A stretch of 61,426 nt of DNA from Chloroflexota bacterium (GCA_016190485.1 JACPQN010000139.1:1-61426); one strand, 5' to 3'; numbered from the stretch's first letter, positions 1 through 8,394 are shown. Numbers and translations are program-made. The notes: a model not told the origin generated them from the sequence alone.

Positions 1-147
1 CTGTCCTGAGCGTGCCGAAGGGCCTGTCCTGAGCGTGCCGAAGGGCCTGTCCTGAGCGTGCCGAAGGGCCTGTCCTGAGCGTGCCGAAGGGCCTGTCCTG
101 AGCGTGCCGAAGGGACGGGCGAGGTCTCGACCCTTCGACGAGCTCAG
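1..147. repeat. Tandem array of 23-bp unit CTGTCCTGAGCGTGCCGAAGGGC (5 copies, 1-114, cut by the window edge), followed by inverted half-site CCCTTCGACGAGCTCAG (131-147); REP-like family 1
   Basis: Read directly. Copies starting at 1, 24, 47, 70 and 93 are identical except the last base of copy 5. The same core recurs at 2864-2940, 7661-7735, 9436-9518, 21108-21132, 28997-29021, 44232-44337 and 54113-54174. Confidence 0.9.
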
Positions 148-174
148 AGCACACACGCTCGACCAACGCCCTTG

Positions 175-663
175 TTAACCACCCTCGGACGCCCCGGACG
201 AGAGCCGGCGGACATGGGCTGGGGGCCAGCAGACCAGCCAGGCCCGGCCCAGCAGGGCGTCCCGCTCCACGGGGCCGAAGTGGCGGCTGTCCTGGCTCCA
301 CTCTGGGGCATCGCCCAGGAGGAAGTAGTGGCCCTTCGCGAGCTGCCACAGACCCTCCCCCAGATCGGTTGCCTCCCCGGCCGCGAGGGCGAAGGGGTGG
401 CCGTCCACCCAGCACCCGTGGCTGTCCAGGCGGACCTCCTGTCCCGGTAGTCCCGCCAGTCGCTTCACCAGCAGCATCGCCGGCGCGGTGGGGTGGCGGG
501 CCAGCACAATGTCGCCGGACTGAGGCTGCCCCAGCCCATAGGCCAGCGTGTCGATCAGGAGGAGCTCTCCCGGCAACAGGGTGGGAGCCATGCTCCACTC
601 GTGCACCACCACCCGCCGGGAGCGGAGCAGCGCCCGCAGCGTGGAGAGGGGTCGTCCGGTCAC
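175..663 (-). CDS. S26-family signal peptidase I-like serine protease (short form)
   Basis: Motifs WSMAPTLLPGE (catalytic Ser), GDIVLARHP, LLVKRLAGLPGQEV (catalytic Lys box) and GDAPEWSQDSRHFGPV. The open frame runs to 978, but the first ~105 residues look like wrong-frame sequence (Arg/Gly/Ser/Cys/His-rich). A GTG at 663 precedes the conserved core, so the start is uncertain. Confidence 0.75.
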   Translation of the reverse strand: MTGRPLSTLRALLRSRRVVVHEWSMAPTLLPGELLLIDTLAYGLGQPQSGDIVLARHPTAPAMLLVKRLAGLPGQEVRLDSHGCWVDGHPFALAAGEATDLGEGLWQLAKGHYFLLGDAPEWSQDSRHFGPVERDALLGRAWLVCWPPAHVRRLSSGASEGG

Positions 664-962
664 GTGCCCATAGGAGTGTGTATGTTTAGTTGCAACAGGG
701 CGGAGGAATACGCGTGCTCTCGAGTAGAGGCAACATTCGACGGCTGTGGTCCCGTGCCCGTCCCAACCGCATTGTACGCTATGATACTGGATTGACTCCA
801 GGCTACGGACTGCCATCGTACCGCCTGCCGCGCCCTGGCCGCTCAGGTGACTGCGGTCTTGATAGGACAAACCTTGTGACCGGCTGCCCGCATGCGGGCG
901 CTTCTGAGCGTAGCCACGGTTCCCGCACCCTCCGGGCTGTGGGAGTCTGCGTCGCCGGGCTG

Positions 963-991
963 TTGACAGGGGCGCCACGCTATACTACTAT
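963..991 (+). promoter_or_regulatory. Candidate sigma70-type promoter: TTGACA (963-968), 17 nt, TACTAT (986-991)
   Basis: Hexamers read directly, about 50 nt upstream of the ATG at 1043. Confidence 0.4.
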
Positions 992-1042
992 TTCGATAGC
1001 CTTGCTCGACTTTCCACCCTGTGTCCCCTCGGAGGAACGCCT

Positions 1043-2788
1043 ATGTCAGCCGCACCTACGTCTGAAACCATGGCCCGTGACGAGGTGGTCCGGATGGCCG
1101 TCCGCAACCTGGCCGGAGAGCTGCTGCGCGTCCGGCAGGGGACCCTGACCAACGACGAGTTCCGGCCCACCCGCACGATCCTGGGGGTGTACGGCCAGCG
1201 CCAGCCGGAACAGTACATGGTGCGCATCCGGCTTCCCTACGGCAGCGTCACGCCCGGCCAGCTCCGAGCCATCGCGGCCGTTGCCCGTACCCACGGGTAT
1301 GCCGTGGGCCATGTCACCACCCGGCAGGACGTCCAGCTCCCCTGGCTCTCCCTGGACGACATGCCCCGCATCCTGGAGCAGCTCCATCAGGCGGGGCTCA
1401 TCACCCTCCAGTCCGGTGGGAACTCGGTGCGCAACGTCGCGGCCTGCCCCCTGGCCGGCGTCTGTCCCCAGGAGGCCTTCGATGTCAGCGGGCACGCCGC
1501 CGCGGTGGACGACTTCTACGTGGGCAATCCGGCGGTCATGAGCCTCCCGCGCAAGTTCAAGAGCAGCTTCTCAGGCTGTGCGGCGGACTGTGCCCTCAGC
1601 GCCATCCAGGACTTCGGCGCTATCGCCGTGCAGTCTGCGGGAGAGGAGCCGCGCCGAGGCTTTCGGGTGTACGCCGGGGGCGGGCTCGGCAGCATGCCCC
1701 GCCGCGCAGCCCAGATCGACGATTTTGTCCCGGAAGAGGAGCTGCTGCCCACCTATGAGGCGGTGCTCCGGGTCTTCGCGCGCCTGGGCGACCGCACCCG
1801 CAAGGACCGGGCCCGGCTGAAGTTCGTGGTCGCCCGCCTGGGAGAAGCGGAGTTCCGCAGGATCGTCCTGGAGGAGCGCGCGGCGGTCAAGCTGGAAGGG
1901 ATTTTGTCTTCGCCCGCTGGCCTGAGCGTCCAGGAAGCCGCGACACCGAGTGCGGCTGAGGGGCTTCCCCAGGCATCCGGCGGCTATGGCCGCTGGCTTC
2001 GCTGGAACGTCCAGCCGGAGCGCCGGAGCGGCTCCTTCTCCGTGAGTGTCGGGCTGCCCCTGGGCGACATCACCAGCGACCAGATGGAGGCGGTGGCAGC
2101 CCTGGCGGAGCGCCAGCCCCGGGTCACGCTCCGCACCTCTGCCCAGCAGAACCTGATCCTGCGCGGCCTGTCAGAGGATGACCTGCCGGTCGCCTACGAA
2201 GCCCTCAACGGGGTCAGCCTGGCCGGCCTGCGGGCCAACGGTGTCGCCGATGTCACCTCCTGCCCCGGCACTTCGGCCTGCAGCCTGGGGATCGCAGCGT
2301 CCAAGGGGCTGGCCCAGGAGCTCCAGCGGGTCCTCATCGGAGGGGGCTACCAGGACGATGAGGCGGTGGCCCGGCTGCGCATTAAGACCAGCGGCTGCCC
2401 GGACGCGTGCGGCCAGCACCAATTGGCTGACATCGGGTTCTTCGGCGCCGCGCTGCACCGGGACGGGAGGCTCTACCCCGGACAGGTGCTGCACCTGGGC
2501 GGGAGCGTCGGCCCACAGGGGACGCGGCTGGGGCGCCCGGTGATGAAGCTGCCCGCTCGCAGGGCGCCGGAGGCGGTGGAGCGCTTGCTGGCCTTCTACA
2601 AGGCGGAACGCCGGGATGGTGAGGGCTTTGGGGAGTTCGTGGACCGCAAGGGGGACAGGGCCTTCCGGGAGCTGCTGGAGGACCTGACCCGCATCCCGCC
2701 GGCCGAGGAAGACCCCTCTAACTTCATCGACTGGGACTCGACCCGCCTGTACATCCTGGAGCGGGGCGAGGGCGAGTGCGCCGTGTAG
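1043..2788 (+). CDS. Ferredoxin-dependent sulfite/nitrite reductase (siroheme, 4Fe-4S)
   Basis: 581 aa. Duplicated nitrite/sulfite reductase fold, cysteine clusters TSCPGTSACSLG and SGCPDACGQHQLADIGFFG, N-terminal GVYGQRQ..MVRIRLPYG motif. The sequence does not tell me whether the substrate is sulfite or nitrite. Confidence 0.85.
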   Translation: MSAAPTSETMARDEVVRMAVRNLAGELLRVRQGTLTNDEFRPTRTILGVYGQRQPEQYMVRIRLPYGSVTPGQLRAIAAVARTHGYAVGHVTTRQDVQLPWLSLDDMPRILEQLHQAGLITLQSGGNSVRNVAACPLAGVCPQEAFDVSGHAAAVDDFYVGNPAVMSLPRKFKSSFSGCAADCALSAIQDFGAIAVQSAGEEPRRGFRVYAGGGLGSMPRRAAQIDDFVPEEELLPTYEAVLRVFARLGDRTRKDRARLKFVVARLGEAEFRRIVLEERAAVKLEGILSSPAGLSVQEAATPSAAEGLPQASGGYGRWLRWNVQPERRSGSFSVSVGLPLGDITSDQMEAVAALAERQPRVTLRTSAQQNLILRGLSEDDLPVAYEALNGVSLAGLRANGVADVTSCPGTSACSLGIAASKGLAQELQRVLIGGGYQDDEAVARLRIKTSGCPDACGQHQLADIGFFGAALHRDGRLYPGQVLHLGGSVGPQGTRLGRPVMKLPARRAPEAVERLLAFYKAERRDGEGFGEFVDRKGDRAFRELLEDLTRIPPAEEDPSNFIDWDSTRLYILERGEGECAV

Positions 2789-2863
2789 AGCCCTGGATCA
2801 GACGAAGGCGCTGAAGGCCTACTGTACGGAACCGTTTCGTTCTTGTGGGGCCTACGAGGGTCC

Positions 2864-2988
2864 GCTCGCCCTTCGACAAGCTCAGGACAAGCCCTTCGAC
2901 ATGTCTCCGAAGGCGACTCGCCGTGGCGAGCTCGGAGCTTGCGCAACAAGGGGGGAGCTTTGTAGGGCGGTCGCCTGAGGCGACCGCC
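2864..2988. repeat. REP-1 copies plus a perfect 10-bp-stem hairpin GGCGGTCGCC-TGA-GGCGACCGCC (2966-2988)
   Basis: GCCCTTCGACAAGCTCAGGACAAGCCCTTCGAC and CGACTCGCCGTGGCGAGCTCGGAGC read directly. Lies in the intergenic region downstream of the reductase gene. Confidence 0.8.
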
Positions 2989-3156
2989 AGGGAGTGGGGG
3001 ACAAGCGCTCACTGAACAGCGCGCCGGTGGTGCGAGAGATCGAGCGGGCGCTCCAGCGGGAAGATCGGGAGGGCGGCTCTTTCTAGTACCTTGGGGCTAT
3101 TCTACATAGACTTGGCGTCGGCTGGCTAGGGGGGGAGCACCTGGTGCATTTGCACC

Positions 3157-3189
3157 TTGACAGACGTTACGGGGGGGGGGGCGTATAAT
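3157..3189 (+). promoter_or_regulatory. Consensus TTGACA (3157-3162) and TATAAT (3184-3189) separated by a 21-nt spacer that contains a G11 homopolymer (3171-3181)
   Basis: Read directly. Both hexamers are perfect consensus. The spacer is 3-5 nt longer than the 16-18 nt optimum, and the excess lies in the G run. Confidence 0.55.
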
Positions 3190-3214
3190 ACGAATAACCT
3201 ATGTACTGGCGGAC

Positions 3215-3448
3215 ATGGCGATGGTGGACACGGTAGCGCAGGACGACCCGCAGGCCGAGGCGCTGGCAGCGGCTCAAGGGCCACGGCTGGCCATCAGCGG
3301 GGTGGTGCTCTCCAAGGCCCAGCTCCTGGAAGTGTTACGCGTTCGCATCCCAAACGCCGCCGACATCACTCCTGCCTTCGACGGTGCCTATTTCTCCGTC
3401 CTCCTTGCCCAGCCCTCCCGCGAGCACCAACCGCCCAGCCTGGGCTAG
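3215..3448 (+). CDS. Hypothetical small protein (77 aa), first gene of the AT-richer cassette
   Basis: ATG-initiated ORF about 25 nt downstream of the predicted -10. No recognisable motif. Whether it is coding is uncertain. Confidence 0.4.
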   Translation: MAMVDTVAQDDPQAEALAAAQGPRLAISGVVLSKAQLLEVLRVRIPNAADITPAFDGAYFSVLLAQPSREHQPPSLG

Positions 3449-3478
3449 CGCCCCTCCCCAGACAGAAAGGAGCTCCCT

Positions 3479-5083
3479 GTGGGCGATCTTTGGGTTGAAA
3501 CAGGTGAAAAGGTTCGGCTGGATGGCGAGACCGGGAACACCTACCTGTGGAACCCCGCGGTGGGCGGACGGATAGAGTTTATAGCAAGCGACAGCTATAG
3601 CCTTACCGTAGACCCCGGCGGGAGCGTCTTTATCGGTCCGGGCGCCGACAAGCACCTCCACCTCTTTGCTTTCGGCGCTGGGAACGATATCCGTAGCGTC
3701 GGCGGGGACTTGTTCATCCAATACGACCGCAGCGTGGCCGTGGACCTGCTGAACGGCTTCTTGCGGGTGACGCCGGGCGGGCAGGTCGCCGTCGCCTCCC
3801 CCGTGGCCGACGGGATCCGGCTGGAGACGACGCCCGGCAGCGGCGTGGCCACCGGTCTCCGCCTGGTAGATAACCGGGCGCCGGGGCGGGACTTCCGTAT
3901 CATCCCCAGCGACTTTCCGGGCGGCGGTATCGCAGGCACGCTGCACATCGTGGACGTGGCCAACAACGCAGCACGCATCACGATAGACTCTGCTGGCAAC
4001 GTGGGCATCGGCACCACCGGCCCAACTGTGAAGCTGGATGTGGTCGGGTACATCAAGGCCAGCGGAAGCTTTGTGGCCACAACCCCCTCTCGCGGCGTGG
4101 AAAACACGGACGGCTACCTGTTGCTGCGCTATGCCCCCGGCTCGGGCATCTGGGTGGACGACGGGGACAGCGAGGTCCTCATGACCAGCAGCGCCGGCAA
4201 ATTGGGGATCGGGACGATGAATCCTCAAGAGAAGCTGGAGGTGGCGGGTAACTTCCGCAGCGATGGCAACCTGTATGCGTTGTGGCAGGGTTCGGAGGGC
4301 AACTTTCCTCTCATGTGGCTAGGTCTTGATGAAGACAACCTGCTCTACCTCTTCTTCCAACCGCGAACCGGTGCGAATGGGGGCAAGTGGGCCGGAATCA
4401 ACACGTTTTATCGTCCGCCTAGTGGCGACCCGTCTTGGGGATACGGCTACCAGCCCATTCGCTTGTATGGCAAGAACGCGCTGGTCGAAGCCAGGGGCAC
4501 CATAGTGTCCCGAGATGTCAGGACGCCGGTACTCTATTTTCAGAAGCCCTACCACCGAGACATCAACGATTCGTTCGGGACATTCAAGGCGCCGACGGGC
4601 TACACGAATGAGCGCCCAATGCTGGACAGCACGGAGCTCGGAGGCATCTACTACCTGGTTGAGTCAGGAGGGTCCGCTACGCCGCCCGGCACGGTGGTGG
4701 CCGGGTCTGAATCCGTATCCATTTCCCGGTCCGGCGGCGGGATGGGCAACGATCTGACTTTTTCTGACATCACTAACGGTTCAATAAACCTCGCCAATCT
4801 GGTTCGGAGTCCGACCAGCAAACTCCGCATCGTGTCCGGGGAGATCGGCCCCTTCACCGTAGCAGCAAATAACAACCACGACTGCGGAACAGTCAGCCTC
4901 TCGGGCTTCGCCAACACCCCGCTTATCCTACTGACACCGAGAAGAGGAAACACCTACGGCAATACCTGGGCGGTGACCGTCGCGGCATACGAAGTTTCAA
5001 CGAGCAGCTTTGGTGTTATGGCAAAAAACAACTATGGGGACCAGACTGATTTTTACGTTGCCTGGGTAGCGATCGGCACGTGA
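3479..5083 (+). CDS. Tail-fibre-like protein with a C-terminal H-type-lectin-like domain; no signal peptide
   Basis: GTG start 6 nt after AAGGAG (3467-3472). Repeated fibre motifs NVGIGTTGPTVKLDVVG and KLGIGTMNPQEKLEVAG. The C-terminus GTVSLSGFANTPLILLTP...FYVAWVAIG resembles H-lectin. The domain calls are by eye. Confidence 0.8.
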   Translation: MGDLWVETGEKVRLDGETGNTYLWNPAVGGRIEFIASDSYSLTVDPGGSVFIGPGADKHLHLFAFGAGNDIRSVGGDLFIQYDRSVAVDLLNGFLRVTPGGQVAVASPVADGIRLETTPGSGVATGLRLVDNRAPGRDFRIIPSDFPGGGIAGTLHIVDVANNAARITIDSAGNVGIGTTGPTVKLDVVGYIKASGSFVATTPSRGVENTDGYLLLRYAPGSGIWVDDGDSEVLMTSSAGKLGIGTMNPQEKLEVAGNFRSDGNLYALWQGSEGNFPLMWLGLDEDNLLYLFFQPRTGANGGKWAGINTFYRPPSGDPSWGYGYQPIRLYGKNALVEARGTIVSRDVRTPVLYFQKPYHRDINDSFGTFKAPTGYTNERPMLDSTELGGIYYLVESGGSATPPGTVVAGSESVSISRSGGGMGNDLTFSDITNGSINLANLVRSPTSKLRIVSGEIGPFTVAANNNHDCGTVSLSGFANTPLILLTPRRGNTYGNTWAVTVAAYEVSTSSFGVMAKNNYGDQTDFYVAWVAIGT

Positions 5084-6396
5084 GCGCAAAAAGCATGAGG
5101 AAGCAGGCGATCGGCAACCACCCAACGCCAGGACGCGGACTGGCGCTTCTTCTCGCAGCAGTACCATGGCTCCTCCCAACGGCGATCTTGGGCGGAATCG
5201 GTCTAGCGGGATTCATATTCACGCCACATATAGCCAAGGCAAGTACCACAGTCACCGGTGTTATTGCAAACGACACCACCTGGACCCTGGGCGGCAGCCC
5301 TTACATTCTTGAAGGTGACGTGGTGGTGGCGCCGCCGGTCACTCTCACCATTGACCCCGGTGTTGAAGTCCGTGTAATGGGACCCTACGTGCTGCTGGTG
5401 CGCGGCAGCCTTACCGCGCACGGGACACCCGATAAGCCCATCCTGTTTACGGGAGACAGCACAGGCCGGTGGAAGGGTCTGCGGATTAACTCCCGCGAAC
5501 ATCAGAAGGTGTCGCTTGTTTCCGTCATCGTCGAAGGTGCGGACGTGGGCGTGAGATTCGAGCTCGCATCCGTTAACGCTCGTAATGAGATACGTGATAG
5601 TAGTCTGCGACACAATGACATAGGGATTTCATCCGCAATCGTAACGATAAACGCTCCCTTCATCAGATACAACGTGATCTCGGGAAACAGGATCGGAATT
5701 AGTGCCGGCGACGTCTTCGCCAACAAGGTCATAGATAACAGCGCTGACGGAGTCGTAGGTGGCCGTACCTTCTACAGCCTTGTTGCACGCAATGGAGGTG
5801 TTGGAATTCGAAGCGGTAACGAGGTGGCGTTCAGCACGATTCAAGGCAACGGCGGGGGCGGCGTGGTAGACAGCTCCAACGTCCATGATAATAATCTGCT
5901 TGATAATGCTCAGTATGACTTCAAGTGGACGCGGCCCTTCCAAACCAGTGCGCCGAACAACTGGTGGGGGACTACCGACCCTGCAGCCATTCAGAAGAAA
6001 ATCTTTGATTTCCACCAAGATCCGAGCAACGCGGGGATCGTGGATTTCACTCCTTTTGCAACGGGGCCTGTGTCGACGGTGGCAGTCTCGCCGGAGCGCA
6101 GCCGGCTGGTGCGGAGCGCGTACCTGTCGGCGCTGGGCCGGGAGCCGGACCCGGGCGGGCTGGGGTACTGGGCGGGCACCAACCTGACCCTGGAACAGCT
6201 CGTGACGGCCTTCCAGGCGTCAGAGGAAGGCCAACGGGTGGCCGCGGTGCGGGCGCTGTACATCGAGCTGCTGGGGCGGGACCCCCTGGGGAGCGACAAC
6301 GCCGGGCTGCGGGGCTGGGTGGACTCGCCGTATAGCCTGGAGGAGGTCCGGCAGGCCATCCTGGCCAGCCCGGAGCACCGGCGGCGGGCGGGGTAG
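5080..6396 (+). CDS. Secreted or membrane-anchored right-handed beta-helix repeat protein with a C-terminal DUF4214-like domain
   Basis: GTGA overlap with the previous stop (alternative ATG at 5095). N-terminal hydrophobic segment LALLLAAVPWLLPTAILGGIGLAGFIF. Repeated short beta-helix-type turns (NDIGISS, GNRIGISA, NGGVGIRS). C-terminal SAYLSALGREPDPGGLGYWAG...LLGRDPLG is typical of DUF4214. Confidence 0.8.
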   Translation: MSAKSMRKQAIGNHPTPGRGLALLLAAVPWLLPTAILGGIGLAGFIFTPHIAKASTTVTGVIANDTTWTLGGSPYILEGDVVVAPPVTLTIDPGVEVRVMGPYVLLVRGSLTAHGTPDKPILFTGDSTGRWKGLRINSREHQKVSLVSVIVEGADVGVRFELASVNARNEIRDSSLRHNDIGISSAIVTINAPFIRYNVISGNRIGISAGDVFANKVIDNSADGVVGGRTFYSLVARNGGVGIRSGNEVAFSTIQGNGGGGVVDSSNVHDNNLLDNAQYDFKWTRPFQTSAPNNWWGTTDPAAIQKKIFDFHQDPSNAGIVDFTPFATGPVSTVAVSPERSRLVRSAYLSALGREPDPGGLGYWAGTNLTLEQLVTAFQASEEGQRVAAVRALYIELLGRDPLGSDNAGLRGWVDSPYSLEEVRQAILASPEHRRRAG

Positions 6397-6419
6397 GCGC
6401 CTCGGCCTGGCGGTAAGGT

Positions 6420-6830
6420 TCCGCCCTCCCCTGGCCCCTCCCTGCCAGGGAGGGGAAAGACTATTCCTCCCGCTGCCAGGGGGAGGTTAGGTGGGGGGTA
6501 GGACATCGCCCTACGGCTGCTTTCACCCTCCCCTGGCCCCTCCCTGCCAGGGAGGGGAATGCTGTTCCTCCTCCTGCCAGGGGGAGGCTAGGTGGGGGTA
6601 AAGGACATCGTCCTACGGCTGCTTGCACCCTCCCCTGGCCCCTCCCTGCCAGGGAGGGGAATGGTGTTCCTCCTCCTGCCAGGGGGAGGCTAGGTGGGGG
6701 TAAAGGACATCGTCCTACGGCTGCTTGCACCCTGCCCGACCCCCTCCTTTGCAGGGAGGGGAAAGACTATTCCTCCCCCTGCCAGGGGGAGCCTGCCTGC
6801 CGCAGGCAGGGCTAGGTGGGGGTGAAAGTG
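6420..6830. repeat. Tandem array, 102-bp period, about 4 copies (the two central copies nearly identical), each with REP-2 hairpins CCCCTCCCT-GCC-AGGGAGGGG and CCTCCTCCTGCCAGGGGGAGG
   Basis: The landmark GGACATCG(C/T)CCTACGGCTGC recurs at 6501, 6603 and 6705, exactly 102 nt apart. The array lies between convergent gene ends (6396 and 6875). Confidence 0.9.
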
Positions 6831-6874
6831 TGCCCCCACCCCCGCCCACTCCCAGCGGGAGAGGGCGTTGTGGG

Positions 6875-7639
6875 CTACCGGAAGAGGTCTCGCTCGGCGG
6901 GGCGCACCATGCTGCGGGCGCCCGCAGCGCCGGGGGTGAAGGGGAAGCCCCGCACGATGGCCACGGGCACCCGGGAGACCTTCTCCATCACGAGGCCCGC
7001 GGCGCTGGCCAGCTCGTCGGCCACGGCGATGGCGGTGGTGCGTAACAGATGTCCCGCGGTATCCGTCAGGCCGATGTAGCTCTCCACCGGCGCCATGCCA
7101 GCCACGCCGATGGCCACCTCCGTGGTGCCTTCCCGCCAGGGCCGGCCGAAGGTGTCGGAGATGATGACGGCGGTCTCAGCGCCTGTCCGCTCCTGGAAGG
7201 CGCGGCGGATGCGCTCCGCGGAGCCGTCCGGGTCCAGGGGCAATAGCGACACCATGTCGTCGCCGGGGATATTGGAGTGGTCCACCCCCGCGTTGGCGCA
7301 CACGTAGCCGTGGTGAGTCTCCATGACCAGCAGTCGCTGGTCCATGCGGACCACCCGGCGGGACTCCCGGAAGACCACCTCCACCAGCCGGGGGTCCTTC
7401 TCCATGCGGGTGGCGATCTCCAGCGCGAAAGGCGACGGCGCCACCTCCGCCAGGTCCACGATGCGCCCCTCGGCCTTGGAGAGGACCTTCTGGGTGACCA
7501 CCACCACGTCACCGCTGAGGATGCCCGTCTCTTCCCGCTGGGCCGCCTCCAGGATCAGGGACGCCAGGTCGTCGCCCTGGCGCACCTCCGGCAACGTCTG
7601 GAGGCCGATGATCCGGAGCTCCCGGGCCGCCCGTGCCAC
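6875..7639 (-). CDS. cofE: Coenzyme F420-0:L-glutamate ligase
   Basis: 254 aa. GDVVVVTQKVLSKAEGR and VCANAGVDHSNIPGDD motifs. GTG start. Confidence 0.85.
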   Translation of the reverse strand: MARAARELRIIGLQTLPEVRQGDDLASLILEAAQREETGILSGDVVVVTQKVLSKAEGRIVDLAEVAPSPFALEIATRMEKDPRLVEVVFRESRRVVRMDQRLLVMETHHGYVCANAGVDHSNIPGDDMVSLLPLDPDGSAERIRRAFQERTGAETAVIISDTFGRPWREGTTEVAIGVAGMAPVESYIGLTDTAGHLLRTTAIAVADELASAAGLVMEKVSRVPVAIVRGFPFTPGAAGARSMVRPAERDLFR

Positions 7640-7641
7640 GT

Positions 7642-8394
7642 CTAGCCTCCGGCTCCTGCGGGGCGGTGTCCTGAGCCTGCCGAAGGGCGGTGTCCTGAGC
7701 CTGCCTGCCGGACAGGCAGGCCTGCCGAAGGAAGGCCGGTGATCTTCAGGCCGCTCTGGGCCTTGTAGCGGCGGTTGATGCTCAGCAGAACGGCGGTCAT
7801 GGCCTCCACCGGCTGGGCGTAGTCCAGACCGCCGGCGTCCACGGCCCGCAGGTCCCGCAACTCCTCCACCAGGGCCATGATCACGGCCTTGGCCTCTGCA
7901 TCGTCGCCACAGACCAGGACGTCACCCTCCAGAGGGTGAGCCAGGTCCGTCAGGTGCTTCGCGCCCAGGTGGTGAAAGGCCGCTACCAGGCGCGCCCCGG
8001 GCAGCAGCGCCTGAGCCTCCTGGGCCGCCGAGCCGCCGGGTACGGCCAGCGGGTGGGGCCGCCCGCTCTGGAACGCCAGGGGCACTACCACGCTCACCAC
8101 CACCTTGGCCCCGATCTTCTCGGCCAGAGCGGGCAGAGTCTCCTGCTGGGCTACGTAGGGCACCGCCAGGAGCACGACCTGAGACTCCAGGGCGGCCGCG
8201 GCGTTGTCCCTAGGCAGGGCCAGGTCCTGCCCCAGGCGCTGGTTGATACCCTCCGCGGTGGCCGTGGCCCGCTCCGAGCTGCGGGAGCCGATGAGCACTC
8301 GGTGCCCCGCGCTGGCGTAGCGCAGGGCCAGGCCGGCGCCTTCGGGGCCGGTGCCGCCGATGAAGCCCAGGGTAGGCGGCCGCGACGACGTCAC
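7642..8394 (-). CDS. fno: NADPH-dependent F420 reductase with a repeat-encoded C-terminal tail
   Basis: N-terminal Rossmann motif GFIGGTGPEGAGLALRYASAGHRVLIGSR, and INRRYKAQSGLKITGL near the usual family end. The last ~28 residues (SAGLPVRQAGSGHRPSAGSGHRPAGAGG) are encoded by REP-1 copies at 7661-7735. Confidence 0.8.
   Translation of the reverse strand: MTSSRPPTLGFIGGTGPEGAGLALRYASAGHRVLIGSRSSERATATAEGINQRLGQDLALPRDNAAAALESQVVLLAVPYVAQQETLPALAEKIGAKVVVSVVVPLAFQSGRPHPLAVPGGSAAQEAQALLPGARLVAAFHHLGAKHLTDLAHPLEGDVLVCGDDAEAKAVIMALVEELRDLRAVDAGGLDYAQPVEAMTAVLLSINRRYKAQSGLKITGLPSAGLPVRQAGSGHRPSAGSGHRPAGAGG
7661..7735. repeat. Two 24-bp-spaced REP-1 units (GTCCTGAGCCTGCCGAAGGGCG) plus hairpin GCCTGCCTG-CCGGA-CAGGCAGGC
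   Basis: Read directly. Lies inside the 3-prime end of the fno ORF. Confidence 0.85.

Noticed and set aside
175-978. Full-length 267-aa version of the S26 peptidase ORF.
   Set aside because: The first ~105 residues are Arg/Gly/Cys/His-rich and unlike a signal anchor. They would also run through the predicted promoter of the divergent reductase gene. The conserved core starts after the GTG at 663, though the exact start remains uncertain.
6461-6730. An 89-aa ORF (..PLPPPSLPLAGGGT.FPSLAGRGQGRV.. repeated) as a repeat protein.
   Set aside because: It is the translation of the 102-bp DNA repeat, which stays open only because 102 is divisible by 3. The composition is non-protein-like and there is no RBS.
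6420-6830. Possible CRISPR array (regular repeats with palindromic cores). The same idea was considered for the 23-bp array at 1-114.
   Set aside because: The units are contiguous tandem copies with no unique spacers. The periods (102 and 23 nt) and the internal double hairpins do not fit repeat-spacer architecture. No cas genes are present in the window.
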